NCBI GenBank assembly: GCA_002439085.1
Contig: DJSW01000009.1
Span: forward strand, 42,192-106,191
Direction: 5' to 3'
Length of the DNA stretch: 64,000 nt
Source of the DNA: Alphaproteobacteria bacterium UBA6324
Lineage (GTDB): Bacteria > Pseudomonadota > Alphaproteobacteria > CAAGCB01 > CAG-977
This document shows positions 1 through 8,181 of the stretch, piece after piece (within the stretch, counting starts at the first letter, position 1; each line of letters opens with the position of its first letter). Made by a program: the position numbers and the translations under genes. A model generated the notes under the pieces. It was not told the origin of the DNA. It saw only the letters and a program-made list of their open reading frames with translations, and did no database searches.

Positions 1-524
1 GAAGCGATGCCGAACAGGCGAATCGTGTGCGGCGCGATGCGGAAAACGTCGGCCGCGACAATCGACGCGATGTGGCCCTTGACCACTTGCGGAATCTGCA
101 TGGATTGCGGCGCGTTTTTCATGTCGGGCGGCAATCCGACCATGGCTTCGGCGGGCAGGGGCTGCGCCGGATCGGGTACGGGAACGGCGACGGCGACCGT
201 GTCGGGATCAACCGCCGGAACGGTTTCCTCGACGGCGGCGGGCTGGTCGGATTTGTTCAAAAATCCGCCGATCGCGCCTTTGATCATATCGGATCCCGAC
301 ACCAAAAAGAAAATGACGGCGACGATGACGGCCATTAAAATGAACGTGGACATACATCCCAAAAAACGCCACAACCCTTTGCCCAAAAAGAAAAAGCACA
401 GCATGGCAATCAGCAGGGCTACACCGCCGGTCGCTATGTCGGGAGCGGAACCCGTTTGAAAACACAAACTGCCGGCGTAAGAGGATACCAGGCCGATCAG
501 CAAAAGGGTCAATCGCAAAAACAC
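1..524 (-). CDS. Partial (C-terminus off the window) membrane-anchored protein. N-terminal signal/TM segments, a Pro-rich linker, and a possible SNase/thermonuclease-like C-terminal domain.
   Basis: The minus-strand frame is open from a GTG at 524..522 to the window edge, so the ORF track could not report it. AAGGA lies 7 nt upstream. The translation VFLRLTLLLIGLVSSYAGSL... has hydrophobic helices, then PAVDPDTVAVAVPVPDPAQPLP, then ...GHIASIVAADVFRIAPHTIRLFGIAS, which resembles the thermonuclease N-terminal motif. The + strand ORF 7..459 is low-complexity and was rejected. Confidence 0.4.
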   Translation of the reverse strand, partial: MFLRLTLLLIGLVSSYAGSLCFQTGSAPDIATGGVALLIAMLCFFFLGKGLWRFLGCMSTFILMAVIVAVIFFLVSGSDMIKGAIGGFLNKSDQPAAVEETVPAVDPDTVAVAVPVPDPAQPLPAEAMVGLPPDMKNAPQSMQIPQVVKGHIASIVAADVFRIAPHTIRLFGIA

Positions 525-564
525 GTCAAATTCCTTTTCGGATGAAAAAAAGCGTTACACCATT

Positions 565-614
565 AAAAATAAAGCAGCGGATAAAGTCAAGAATCCGCTG
601 CCGTATTTTTTTTT
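565..614. terminator. Bidirectional rho-independent terminator downstream of the minus-strand gene 628..1359.
   Basis: The stem gcagcggat/atccgctgc (574-582 / 593-601) is flanked by an A-run upstream and cgtattttttttt downstream. On the minus strand the same hairpin is followed by tttattttt. Confidence 0.5.
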
Positions 615-627
615 ATTTCAAGCGCGA

Positions 628-1359
628 TCAGCGCGTGTATTCGTCGCGTTTGCGAATACGCAGCGCCGTGCGTCCCGATTCCTGTTCGCGGCGTTTGGAC
701 ATCTGGTATTTTTTGGCGAAATCCGTGTCGCGTTTGGTAATGGCCTGATCCTTCTGCAATCCGCGCAGTTTACGCAATCTGGAAACGCTGATCTTCTGCC
801 CCTTGGCGTCGGTGATGTACAGTTCTTTTTTGGCTGTCTTTTCCAACTCTTTTTTGCGGTTGCGCTCGATTCTGGCGCGGGACAGACGGCGGCGGCGTTC
901 GGACGGCAACAGACGGCCGGCCGAATGGCGTTTGCGTTTGGTTTTGCCGCCCAATCCGCGCACGTCGCGCTTTTTCAATTCCATCGGTTTGCTGCGCCCG
1001 ACGTACAATCCGGATTCTTGCGCGCGGGAAATGTCGTCGAACGACAGCGCGCCTTCGATTCCCAAACGGCGTTCCTGACGCAACAGATTGTTGCGCACGT
1101 CGATTTTTTCGGCTTCGCGGCGGACGACTTCGCGGCGTTCCTTTTCGGCGTCGGAAACGCGCGGCTGGCGGTTCTGTTCGGCTTTTTCGGCATAGCTGCG
1201 ATCCTCGGCCTCTTTGGCCGCGCGCGCCGTGCGGTACAGGACGCTGTCGTCGCGCACCGTGTTGGAATGGACGCTTTTATCGCCGTGCCGCTGTTGCCAG
1301 ACCAAAGCGCTGTTGTCTGTCAGGCGGATGCGTTTTTTCTTGTTTTCTTCCATTTTCAT
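628..1359 (-). CDS. Hypothetical, extremely charged (Lys/Arg/Glu-rich) 243-aa protein.
   Basis: Complete ORF with an ATG start, followed by the terminator at 565-614. Composition is dominated by K/R/E (e.g. RRRRLSRARIERNRKKELEKTAKKE). No recognisable catalytic motif. An extended -10 (TGnTATAAT; revcomp of 1404-1411) lies upstream. Confidence 0.55.
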   Translation of the reverse strand: MKMEENKKKRIRLTDNSALVWQQRHGDKSVHSNTVRDDSVLYRTARAAKEAEDRSYAEKAEQNRQPRVSDAEKERREVVRREAEKIDVRNNLLRQERRLGIEGALSFDDISRAQESGLYVGRSKPMELKKRDVRGLGGKTKRKRHSAGRLLPSERRRRLSRARIERNRKKELEKTAKKELYITDAKGQKISVSRLRKLRGLQKDQAITKRDTDFAKKYQMSKRREQESGRTALRIRKRDEYTR

Positions 1360-1399
1360 GACCCCGATTCTGAAAAACCGAACCCTTTGTTATCACTTT

Positions 1400-1440
1400 T
1401 TTCATTATACAGCAAAGAAAACAAAAGGAAAGGGGTTTTG
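1400..1440 (-). promoter_or_regulatory. Putative sigma70 promoter with an extended -10 for the gene 628..1359.
   Basis: The minus strand reads ...ctttgctgTATAATg. The TG sits 1 nt upstream of TATAAT, about 40 nt before the ATG. Confidence 0.3.
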
Positions 1441-1494
1441 AAGAAAAAATCGACAAAAAAGCGCGCGGGTGCGGTGTCCGGAAAACGGCGAAAT

Positions 1495-3891
1495 TCAATG
1501 GACGGGCAGGGTGATTTGCGTTTTCTTCGCCCCGTTTTTGTCCGAAACGTTCAGCGTCCCGCCGTGCATTTCGATGAACCCGCGGATCAGGGACGCGGCG
1601 AATCCGTTTCGGGCGGCGAAATTCACCGTGTCGGATTCGTTTTTCACGTCCAGCGACGTTTCTTCGATCGCGACGATCAGGTTTTTGTCGCCGGTTTGAA
1701 CGGACAGGGACACGCCGCCGTCTTTGAACGCCGCGGCGACGGCGTTGTTGACAAGGTAGAACAGAACCTGTTTCAACCTTTTTTTATCCGCGACCAAAGT
1801 AGGCAGCTTGTCCGGACACGTCAGGTTCAGTGCGACGTTTTTCAGGCGCGCCTGTTCCTTGACCGCGTTCAAAACGCCGTTCAGCAACGCGCCAATGTCG
1901 ATGCATTCCAATTCCAAAACGGCCGATCCCGTTTCGATCAACGCCAGATCGACCATGTCGCCGAAAAGGTTTTTCAATTCGGCCGACGCGTCGAAAATCG
2001 TTTGCAGGCACGCTTTCTGCCGCCGGTTGAACCGCAGGTTTTCGCCGTCCGACAGTTTTTTGACGGTGTCGGTCAACGCGGACAGCTGCGGATTGATTTC
2101 GCGCCCCAGCTGTTCCAAAAACACGGCGCGCAGTTTTTCGGCCTGCACGGTCGTTTGTTTGAAACGGCTCAGCAACATTTCCTTTTCTTGCGCTAAAGAC
2201 GTGTTCCGTTCCTCTTCCGTCACGTCCAAAAACGAAACGAACACGCCGCCGTCGGGCAATCCGGCCGCGGAAAATTCCAACACTTTGCCGTCGGGGCGCA
2301 GAATCTGGAAAATTTCGCCCGTGTGCGCCGTCGCGACGCCCAGCAGCTGTTCTTTCAGCGTTTCCCAGTTGTCCTCGTTTTCAAAGAAAGGCTTTTGCTT
2401 TTCAATGACCTCAATGATGCTCAAAGGCGGATCGTTGAAATTTTGATCGCCGATCTGCCATAAATTCAGGTACGCCGCGTTCGCCAGACGCAGCCGCCCG
2501 TCGGAACCGAACAGCAAAACGGCTTCGCGCAGGTTGTTCAAAACGGTGTATTGCGTTTCGTTCAACATGGTCATCGACCGTTCCATGGTCAAATGCCCCG
2601 TCACGTCTTCGTAAGTGATCAGCAGGCCGCCTTGGGGGTGCGGGGTCAGCATACGGCGCAAAGTCACGCCGGACGGCAGGTGCAGGATGTCTTCGGTCGT
2701 GGACACCAGCGACGTGAAAAACTTTATTTCGCGGGTTTTATAGGCGTTGAAATCCCTGTTTTCCGGCAGCCGCCGTTTTTCGCGCAGCATATCCAGAATA
2801 TGGGAATACGTCGGCGATTTGTCCAGCCATTCGGCCTCCAAATCCCACAGGTTCATGAACGACGTGTTGTAGAATTGCAGCCGCATATCCGCGTCGAACG
2901 TGGCAATGGCCGTTTTCAGGTGTTCCAAAACGCCGTTGTGCGACGCGATGTGGTTTTTCAGGCTGTTTTCCAACTCCTCTTCCCGCGTGACATCGCGCAC
3001 AAACCCGATCGTGCCGCGTTTTCCCGACGCGCGGGCGGGCAGGGGGATTTCGGACGCCTCGACCCGCCGGCGTTTGCCGTCGATGACGACGAATTCGCTT
3101 GTTTTCTTTTCCTTGCCGGACGCGCGGGCGGCGGCGGCCAGCACTTTGGCTTCGCGCGGGGATTTTTCATACACCAACTCGCCGCCCAGCAAAACGGCCT
3201 GTTCGGGCGAACCGGCGCGCGCCGCCTTTGCGTAGGCGGGGTTGCACGCCGCGATCTGCAGGTCTTCGCCGCGCAGCCATACGGGAAAGGGCAGGGCGTC
3301 GAACGCCTGTTTCAACGTGGCGTTTTTGCGTTCCGCCTCTTCCGCCCGACCGGTCAAAGCGGCCAGCCGCGCGTTGCCGTCCGTCGTTTCCCGCACCCAC
3401 AGCGTATCCACCGCGCCCTTGTTTTCGTCCATGCGGGTTCTGAATCCGGAAACCAGAAAGCTGCGCGCCCCCGCCACGTCGCCCAGTTCCAGCGTGAACG
3501 GCCGGTCGTCGGCGCGCATGGCGTTGATCGCGCCGCTTAACGCTTCGGCGCCGGCGGCGGAAAAATGTTCCAGCAAAGCGTCAAAGGACGAATTGACGCC
3601 CTGCGACAAATCCATCATGACGGCCAGACGGCGCGAACAATGCGTTTCGCGCAAAAAACCGATCGAATCGAACACCCACGAATACCACCCGTCGGGAAAG
3701 CTTTCCAACGTTTCGCGCGCCGTGTCGCGCTTTTCGGCGTTCAAAACGGCCTGTCGCCGCCATTTCAAGGCGCACCGGACGCCCGCGGCCGACAGCAGGG
3801 CGAGCGCGATGAAAACGGCGCACAGCGCTTTCGGGTGGAAAAACGCCGATATCATCAGTTTGGTTAAAAGCGAATCGAATGCCGTTGTCAT
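1495..3891 (-). CDS. Membrane-anchored multi-PAS sensor histidine-kinase-like protein. The dimerization/phosphotransfer (DHp) region has no histidine and the G1 box is degenerate, so it is a DivL-like pseudokinase.
   Basis: 798-aa ORF with an N-terminal TM segment (AVFIALALLSAAGV), several PAS-like blocks, and a C-terminal HATPase_c-like region. The N box is LVNNAV and the G2 box is GFAASLIRGFIEMHGGTL. The expected H box reads FLEQLGREINPQLSAL, with Arg where His (or DivL's Tyr) should be. No His occurs anywhere in about 90 aa of the DHp region. Confidence 0.8.
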   Translation of the reverse strand: MTTAFDSLLTKLMISAFFHPKALCAVFIALALLSAAGVRCALKWRRQAVLNAEKRDTARETLESFPDGWYSWVFDSIGFLRETHCSRRLAVMMDLSQGVNSSFDALLEHFSAAGAEALSGAINAMRADDRPFTLELGDVAGARSFLVSGFRTRMDENKGAVDTLWVRETTDGNARLAALTGRAEEAERKNATLKQAFDALPFPVWLRGEDLQIAACNPAYAKAARAGSPEQAVLLGGELVYEKSPREAKVLAAAARASGKEKKTSEFVVIDGKRRRVEASEIPLPARASGKRGTIGFVRDVTREEELENSLKNHIASHNGVLEHLKTAIATFDADMRLQFYNTSFMNLWDLEAEWLDKSPTYSHILDMLREKRRLPENRDFNAYKTREIKFFTSLVSTTEDILHLPSGVTLRRMLTPHPQGGLLITYEDVTGHLTMERSMTMLNETQYTVLNNLREAVLLFGSDGRLRLANAAYLNLWQIGDQNFNDPPLSIIEVIEKQKPFFENEDNWETLKEQLLGVATAHTGEIFQILRPDGKVLEFSAAGLPDGGVFVSFLDVTEEERNTSLAQEKEMLLSRFKQTTVQAEKLRAVFLEQLGREINPQLSALTDTVKKLSDGENLRFNRRQKACLQTIFDASAELKNLFGDMVDLALIETGSAVLELECIDIGALLNGVLNAVKEQARLKNVALNLTCPDKLPTLVADKKRLKQVLFYLVNNAVAAAFKDGGVSLSVQTGDKNLIVAIEETSLDVKNESDTVNFAARNGFAASLIRGFIEMHGGTLNVSDKNGAKKTQITLPVH

Positions 3892-3924
3892 TTCTTTAAA
3901 ATAGCGCGGGCGCGGGAAAAGGCA

Positions 3925-3961
3925 AAATAAAAAACGCCGGAGTTTCCTCCGGCGTTTTGAA
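3925..3961. terminator. Rho-independent terminator downstream of the minus-strand gene 3976..4719 (bidirectional-looking).
   Basis: aaaaaacgccggagtttcctccggcgtttt: a GC stem with A/T runs on both sides. Confidence 0.5.
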
Positions 3962-3975
3962 AGTGTCGCGCGGGC

Positions 3976-4719
3976 TTAACGTTGCGCCTGTTTCGCCATG
4001 GCGGCAACCAGAATCGGTTTTTTCGCGCCGTTCTGGGGCGGGGCGAATTTTTCCAGTTCGCTTTTGCGCTGGGCGGCGTCGGCAACCTGTTTCGCCGTGT
4101 AAATCTTGGGATAATGGGACGCGTTGACGCGCGAAGCGTAATTCGGGTGCACCGGCTGGTTTTCCTTGGTGATGCCGAATTTTTTCGGGTCGTAGATCAT
4201 TTCGTCCGTCCACGGCAGCATGACTTCTTTTTTCTGTCCCGATCCCATGCAGTCCGCGATCTGCGGATCCAGCACGTCGTGGTGCCACTGGTCGTGCGGG
4301 TACAGCGGGGTCATGATGAAGTTGGAAAATTCGTTTTTGCCGCCGCCGTGCAAAGGCAGTTTGTGATGCACGTTGTACCCCGGAACGGAACGGCCTTTTT
4401 TCATCATCGCGATTTCGGAATCGGTCAGGCCGAGTTTGGCGCGCAATTCCGGTTCGTGTTCGTTGGCCAGCATTTTCAGGAATTTGGAACGCACGCCCTC
4501 TTTGCCGCCGGAACCGTTGAATTCGGCGCGTTTGGCTTCGCGTTCCGATTTGGACGGAACTTCGTAGGTGACCTTTTTCAGGCTCATCCCGTGGATGTTG
4601 TCAAAGTTGAACTTTCCGGCGCGCTGTTCGGCGGTGTAGCCCTGTTTCTGGCCTTTGTCCTTGCCGCCTTTGCCGTGGCTGCGTTTCTCGTGAACGTATT
4701 TGTAATCGATATCCAGCAT
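3976..4719 (-). CDS. Colicin E9/pyocin S-type HNH DNase-domain protein (paralog 1). It has a Lys/Gly-rich N-terminus and a conserved ~90-aa C-terminal extension.
   Basis: The motif ...KGRSVPGYNVHHKLPLHGGGKNEFSNFIMTPLYPHDQWHHDV aligns with the colicin E9 DNase core (KGYSPF...[32 protein letters not shown]). The N-terminal KRSHGKGGKDKGQK resembles the E9 DNase-domain start KRNKPGKATGKGKP. GGGGGA SD precedes the ATG, and a terminator follows. Confidence 0.75.
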   Translation of the reverse strand: MLDIDYKYVHEKRSHGKGGKDKGQKQGYTAEQRAGKFNFDNIHGMSLKKVTYEVPSKSEREAKRAEFNGSGGKEGVRSKFLKMLANEHEPELRAKLGLTDSEIAMMKKGRSVPGYNVHHKLPLHGGGKNEFSNFIMTPLYPHDQWHHDVLDPQIADCMGSGQKKEVMLPWTDEMIYDPKKFGITKENQPVHPNYASRVNASHYPKIYTAKQVADAAQRKSELEKFAPPQNGAKKPILVAAMAKQAQR

Positions 4720-4830
4720 GAATTCCCCCGTATGCTTTAAAGGACTCTGTTAAACTCAACATAGGAAAAATGGACAAAAAAATCAACAAAAATTTTATTT
4801 CTTTTTCAGATTTGTTTTTTCCGTATGTCA

Positions 4831-4872
4831 AAAAGGCGGAAAGCCGCGCCGGTTCCCGCCTTTTGTTTTTTT
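4831..4872. terminator. Rho-independent terminator between the two DNase paralogs.
   Basis: aaaaggcggaaagccgcgccggttcccgccttttgttttttt. On the minus strand the stem is followed by ttttt. Confidence 0.45.
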
Positions 4873-4883
4873 CGCGCCGGAAA

Positions 4884-5702
4884 TTATCCGCGCTGTCTGT
4901 CGCGCACGATCTGACGCAGAGCCGTTTTAACCGGCGTCTGTTTCTGCGTCTGCTTTTTCTGTTCGGCGTTTTTCGCGTCGATGGCCGCGTAAAATTCCTT
5001 CATATCCTTCTGCCGTTTGGCCACGCTGATATGTTCGGGCTTGTACAGCTTCGGATAGTTCGCCGGATCGACGTTGGACACATAGTTCGGCTTGACGGGC
5101 TGGTTTTCCTTGGTGAATCCGAACTGTTTCGGATCATAGATCATTTCGTCCGTCCAAGGGATTTTGATTTTGCGCGTTTCGCCTTCGCGGATGCCCAGCA
5201 GCTGCGCGTCCATCACGTCCTTGTGGAACTGGTCGTGCGGATACAGCGGGGTCAGGATGAAGTTTTTGAATTCGTTTTTGCCGCCGCCGTGCAAAGCCAG
5301 TTTGTGGTGGACGTTGAACCCGTTCGGCGTGTAGCCTTCGCGCATTCCCTGAATGTCGCGGTCGGTCAGTCCCAAACGGTCAACCAGTTCCTTTTCGTGG
5401 TCTTTGGCCAACATTTTCAGGAATTTGGAACGCACGCCTTCGACCAGAACGTTACCGTCTTCGTCGCGCACGCCGTTGAATTCCTCGCGTTTCGCGACGC
5501 GTTCGGCCTTTGACGGGACGGTGTATTCAACCTCTTTCAATTTCAACCCGTGGATCGTGTCGAAAGAGAAATTGCCCTCGCGCTGGTCGCGGTTGTGATG
5601 CCCTTCGGAATAAAAGCCGCCGTTTCCCTTGCCTTTGCCGTTGTTGTTGGAACGGCCTTTGCCGCTTTGGCGTTTGGCGTGAACGTACTTGTCATCAATC
5701 AT
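4884..5702 (-). CDS. Colicin E9/pyocin S-type HNH DNase-domain protein (paralog 2).
   Basis: GFNVHHKLALHGGGKNEFKNFILTPLYPHDQFHKDV. The C-terminal block PWTDEMIYDPKQFGFTKENQPV is shared with paralog 1. GGGAG SD lies 9 nt upstream of the ATG. Confidence 0.75.
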   Translation of the reverse strand: MIDDKYVHAKRQSGKGRSNNNGKGKGNGGFYSEGHHNRDQREGNFSFDTIHGLKLKEVEYTVPSKAERVAKREEFNGVRDEDGNVLVEGVRSKFLKMLAKDHEKELVDRLGLTDRDIQGMREGYTPNGFNVHHKLALHGGGKNEFKNFILTPLYPHDQFHKDVMDAQLLGIREGETRKIKIPWTDEMIYDPKQFGFTKENQPVKPNYVSNVDPANYPKLYKPEHISVAKRQKDMKEFYAAIDAKNAEQKKQTQKQTPVKTALRQIVRDRQRG

Positions 5703-5790
5703 CGCAAAATACTCCCGATAGAAAAAGCCGGAACGGCGTCAGGCCGTTTGTTGACAAAAATATACAAAAAAACGGAAAAGCTGTCCAGCG

Positions 5791-6132
5791 TTATTTGCGC
5801 CCGTCCGCCGTTTCGCCGTCGTTTTCCGGTTCGACCGGCGCGGGTTGGCAGCGGAAGTAAACCCTGTGGGGCAAAAACACGCGGCACGACCAGTATTTGT
5901 GGCCGTCATAGGCGGCTTCGCGGCCGGTGCGGGCGCATTCCTCCTGCGCCATTTTGAAAATTTCGGCCGCGTTGGTGGAATAGGCGTTGTAACAGATCGC
6001 CACGCGGTCGGGCGTCGATTCGCCCACGGTTTTTGAAAATCCGGCTTCGCGTCTGGAATCGACAAAAGGCTGCTGGACACATCCGGCCAGCGTCAGCGCA
6101 AACAGCAGCAACGATTTTTTCATGACGGTCAT
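5791..6132 (-). CDS. Small lipoprotein (lipobox LTLAGC) immediately upstream of the DNase pair.
   Basis: MTVMKKSLLLFALTLAGC is a signal peptide plus lipobox. The start could be either ATG 6132 or ATG 6123. Confidence 0.5.
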   Translation of the reverse strand: MTVMKKSLLLFALTLAGCVQQPFVDSRREAGFSKTVGESTPDRVAICYNAYSTNAAEIFKMAQEECARTGREAAYDGHKYWSCRVFLPHRVYFRCQPAPVEPENDGETADGRK

Positions 6133-6295
6133 ATCCGCCCCGCACAGTTATGTAAAGACGGTTCATCATCCACGAAACGCGGCGGATATTCAACACCGAA
6201 AACGTTTTTTTTTCATTTGTCAAAGCGACGGTTGATTTTAACGCCGGATTTCGCTTATCCTGATTGCGGCGAATAATGACGAGGGAGCGGTTTTC

Positions 6296-7222
6296 ATGCT
6301 GGCAAAAAAACGGTTGCTGACGCGCAGCGATTTCGACGGACTGGTCTGCGCGGCTTTGCTCAAAGAGTTGGACATTATCGACGAGATACGCTTTGTCCAT
6401 CCGAAAGATATGCAGGACGGGCGGATTTCCATCACCGACATGGATATCACCGCGAACCTGCCGTATGTGGACGGGGTGTATATCGCGTTCGACCACCACA
6501 TCAGCGAACTGTCCCGCATCATCAGCCCCCCGAACCACGTCGTTTATCCGAACGCCCCTTCCGCCGCCCGCGTCGTTTACGAATATTACGGTGCCGAGGA
6601 ACGGTTCAAAAACATTCCGCCCGCTTTGATGCAAGCCGTTGACATCGCCGATTCGGCCAAATACACGATTGACCAGATCATGAACCCGACGGGGTGGATT
6701 TTGTTGGCGTTCATCATGGACGCGCGCACGGGGCTGGGGCGGTTCAAAAATTTCCGCATCACGAACTATCAGCTGATGATGAAGCTGGTTGACCTGTGCC
6801 GCACGAAAAGCGTCGATGAGATTTTGCAGGACGAGGATGTCAAGGAACGCGTCGATTTGTATTTCGCACACAAGGATAAATTCGTCGAACAGCTGAAACG
6901 TTGCACCCGCATTCACAAAACGGCGGCGCACATCTATTTGCGCGACGAGGAAACAATTTACGCCGGCAATCGGTTCATGGTATATGCCCTGTTCCCGCAG
7001 ATCAACATTTCCGTACACGAAATTTGGGGCAAGAACAAGCGCAACGTCGTTTTCGCCGCCGGCAAGTCGATTTTCAACCGGACATCGAAAATGAACATCG
7101 GCGAATTCATGCTGCAATACGGCGGTGGCGGCCACATCGCCGCGGGGACGTGCCAAGTTCCCGTCGATCAGGCGGACAGAATCCGCGAAGAGATCATCAC
7201 CGCCATGGTTCAGGACGTGTAA
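6296..7222 (+). CDS. DHH/DHHA1 family phosphoesterase (NrnA-like nanoRNase / pAp phosphatase type), paralog A.
   Basis: RSDFDGLV (DxD), AFDHHIS (DHH) and GGGGHIAAG (the DHHA1 GGGH motif). GAGGGAG SD 8 nt upstream. Confidence 0.8.
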   Translation: MLAKKRLLTRSDFDGLVCAALLKELDIIDEIRFVHPKDMQDGRISITDMDITANLPYVDGVYIAFDHHISELSRIISPPNHVVYPNAPSAARVVYEYYGAEERFKNIPPALMQAVDIADSAKYTIDQIMNPTGWILLAFIMDARTGLGRFKNFRITNYQLMMKLVDLCRTKSVDEILQDEDVKERVDLYFAHKDKFVEQLKRCTRIHKTAAHIYLRDEETIYAGNRFMVYALFPQINISVHEIWGKNKRNVVFAAGKSIFNRTSKMNIGEFMLQYGGGGHIAAGTCQVPVDQADRIREEIITAMVQDV

Positions 7223-7227
7223 AGGCC

Positions 7228-8175
7228 ATGGTTGACGACAGATTCCGGTTGGTGACCCGCAGCGATTTCGACGGGCTGGTCAGCGCGATCCTGCTCAAAG
7301 AGCTGGATCTGATCGACGACATCAAATTCGTCCACCCCAAGGACGTGCAGGACGGTTTGGTCGATATCCGCGCGGGCGACATCCTGACGAACCTGCCGTA
7401 TTCCAAATCGGCGTCCTATGTGTTTGACCACCATATCAGCGAACTGGCGCGCGTCGGGAAAAAAAGCAACAACTTCATCAATCCGGACGCGCCGTCGGCC
7501 GCGCGCGTCGTGTGGGACACGTTTGGCGGAAAGGAACGGTTCCGCAACATATCCGAAGAAATGATGACCGCCGTGGATAAAGCCGACAGCGCCGATTACA
7601 CGATCGACGACATCCTGCATCCGACGGGGTGGACGCTGCTGAGTTTCATCATGGACGCGCGCACGGGGTTGGGGCGGTTCCACAATTTCCGGATATCGAA
7701 CTATCAGCTGATGATGAACCTGATTGATTTCTGCCGGTCGCACGACCCGTCCGAGGTTTTGGAAATGCCCGACGTTCAGGAACGCGTCGATCTGTATTTC
7801 GCCCAACAGGATAAATTTGTCGAACAGCTGAAACGCATTACGACCGTTCATAAAAATCTGGCTTATGTCGATATGCTGAACGAAGATGTCATTTACGCGG
7901 GCAACCGGTTTATGATTTATGCGATTCATCCGGAAATCAACGTTTCGATGCACGCAATGTGGCGCGTCAACGGCCAGCGCGTCGTTTACGCGGTCGGCAA
8001 GTCTATTTTGAAACGCACGAACATCATCAACATCGGCGAACTGATGTTGCAATACGGCGGTGGCGGACACGCGAACGTCGGAACGTGCCAGATTGATTTG
8101 GATCAAGCGGCGCGCGTCAAGGACGAGCTGATCGCCGTGCTGACCGATCCGCAATACACGGAAAAGAATCCTTAA
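7228..8175 (+). CDS. DHH/DHHA1 family phosphoesterase, tandem paralog B.
   Basis: Same motifs (TRSDFDGLV, VFDHHIS, GGGGHANVG). The ATG at 7228 follows the stop of paralog A. The track ORF 6901..8175 is an out-of-context 5' extension. Confidence 0.8.
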   Translation: MVDDRFRLVTRSDFDGLVSAILLKELDLIDDIKFVHPKDVQDGLVDIRAGDILTNLPYSKSASYVFDHHISELARVGKKSNNFINPDAPSAARVVWDTFGGKERFRNISEEMMTAVDKADSADYTIDDILHPTGWTLLSFIMDARTGLGRFHNFRISNYQLMMNLIDFCRSHDPSEVLEMPDVQERVDLYFAQQDKFVEQLKRITTVHKNLAYVDMLNEDVIYAGNRFMIYAIHPEINVSMHAMWRVNGQRVVYAVGKSILKRTNIINIGELMLQYGGGGHANVGTCQIDLDQAARVKDELIAVLTDPQYTEKNP

Positions 8176-8181
8176 GGTTTT

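Noticed and set aside
7-459. + strand 150-aa ORF at the window start.
   Set aside because: Its translation is low-complexity (TGTATATVSGSTAGTV, KKKK runs). The opposite strand encodes a coherent membrane protein with an RBS.
925-3540. Long + strand ORFs (925..2196, 2551..3540, etc.) overlapping the histidine-kinase gene.
   Set aside because: They are antisense shadow ORFs typical of GC-rich coding DNA. Their translations are Arg/Ala/Gly-rich low complexity with no motifs and no RBS. The minus-strand PAS/HATPase gene fully explains the region.
3982-5513. + strand ORFs 3982..4740 and 4770..5513 antisense to the DNase paralogs.
   Set aside because: No RBS and repetitive Phe/Arg-rich translations. 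The minus-strand genes have SD sites, terminators and clear colicin-DNase homology.
5906-8154. Minus-strand ORFs 5906..7156 and 7210..8154 antisense to the DHH genes, plus the track ORF 6901..8175 (424 aa).
   Set aside because: These are shadow frames. The 424-aa version is an out-of-frame upstream extension of the second DHH gene, whose real ATG at 7228 follows the first gene's stop.
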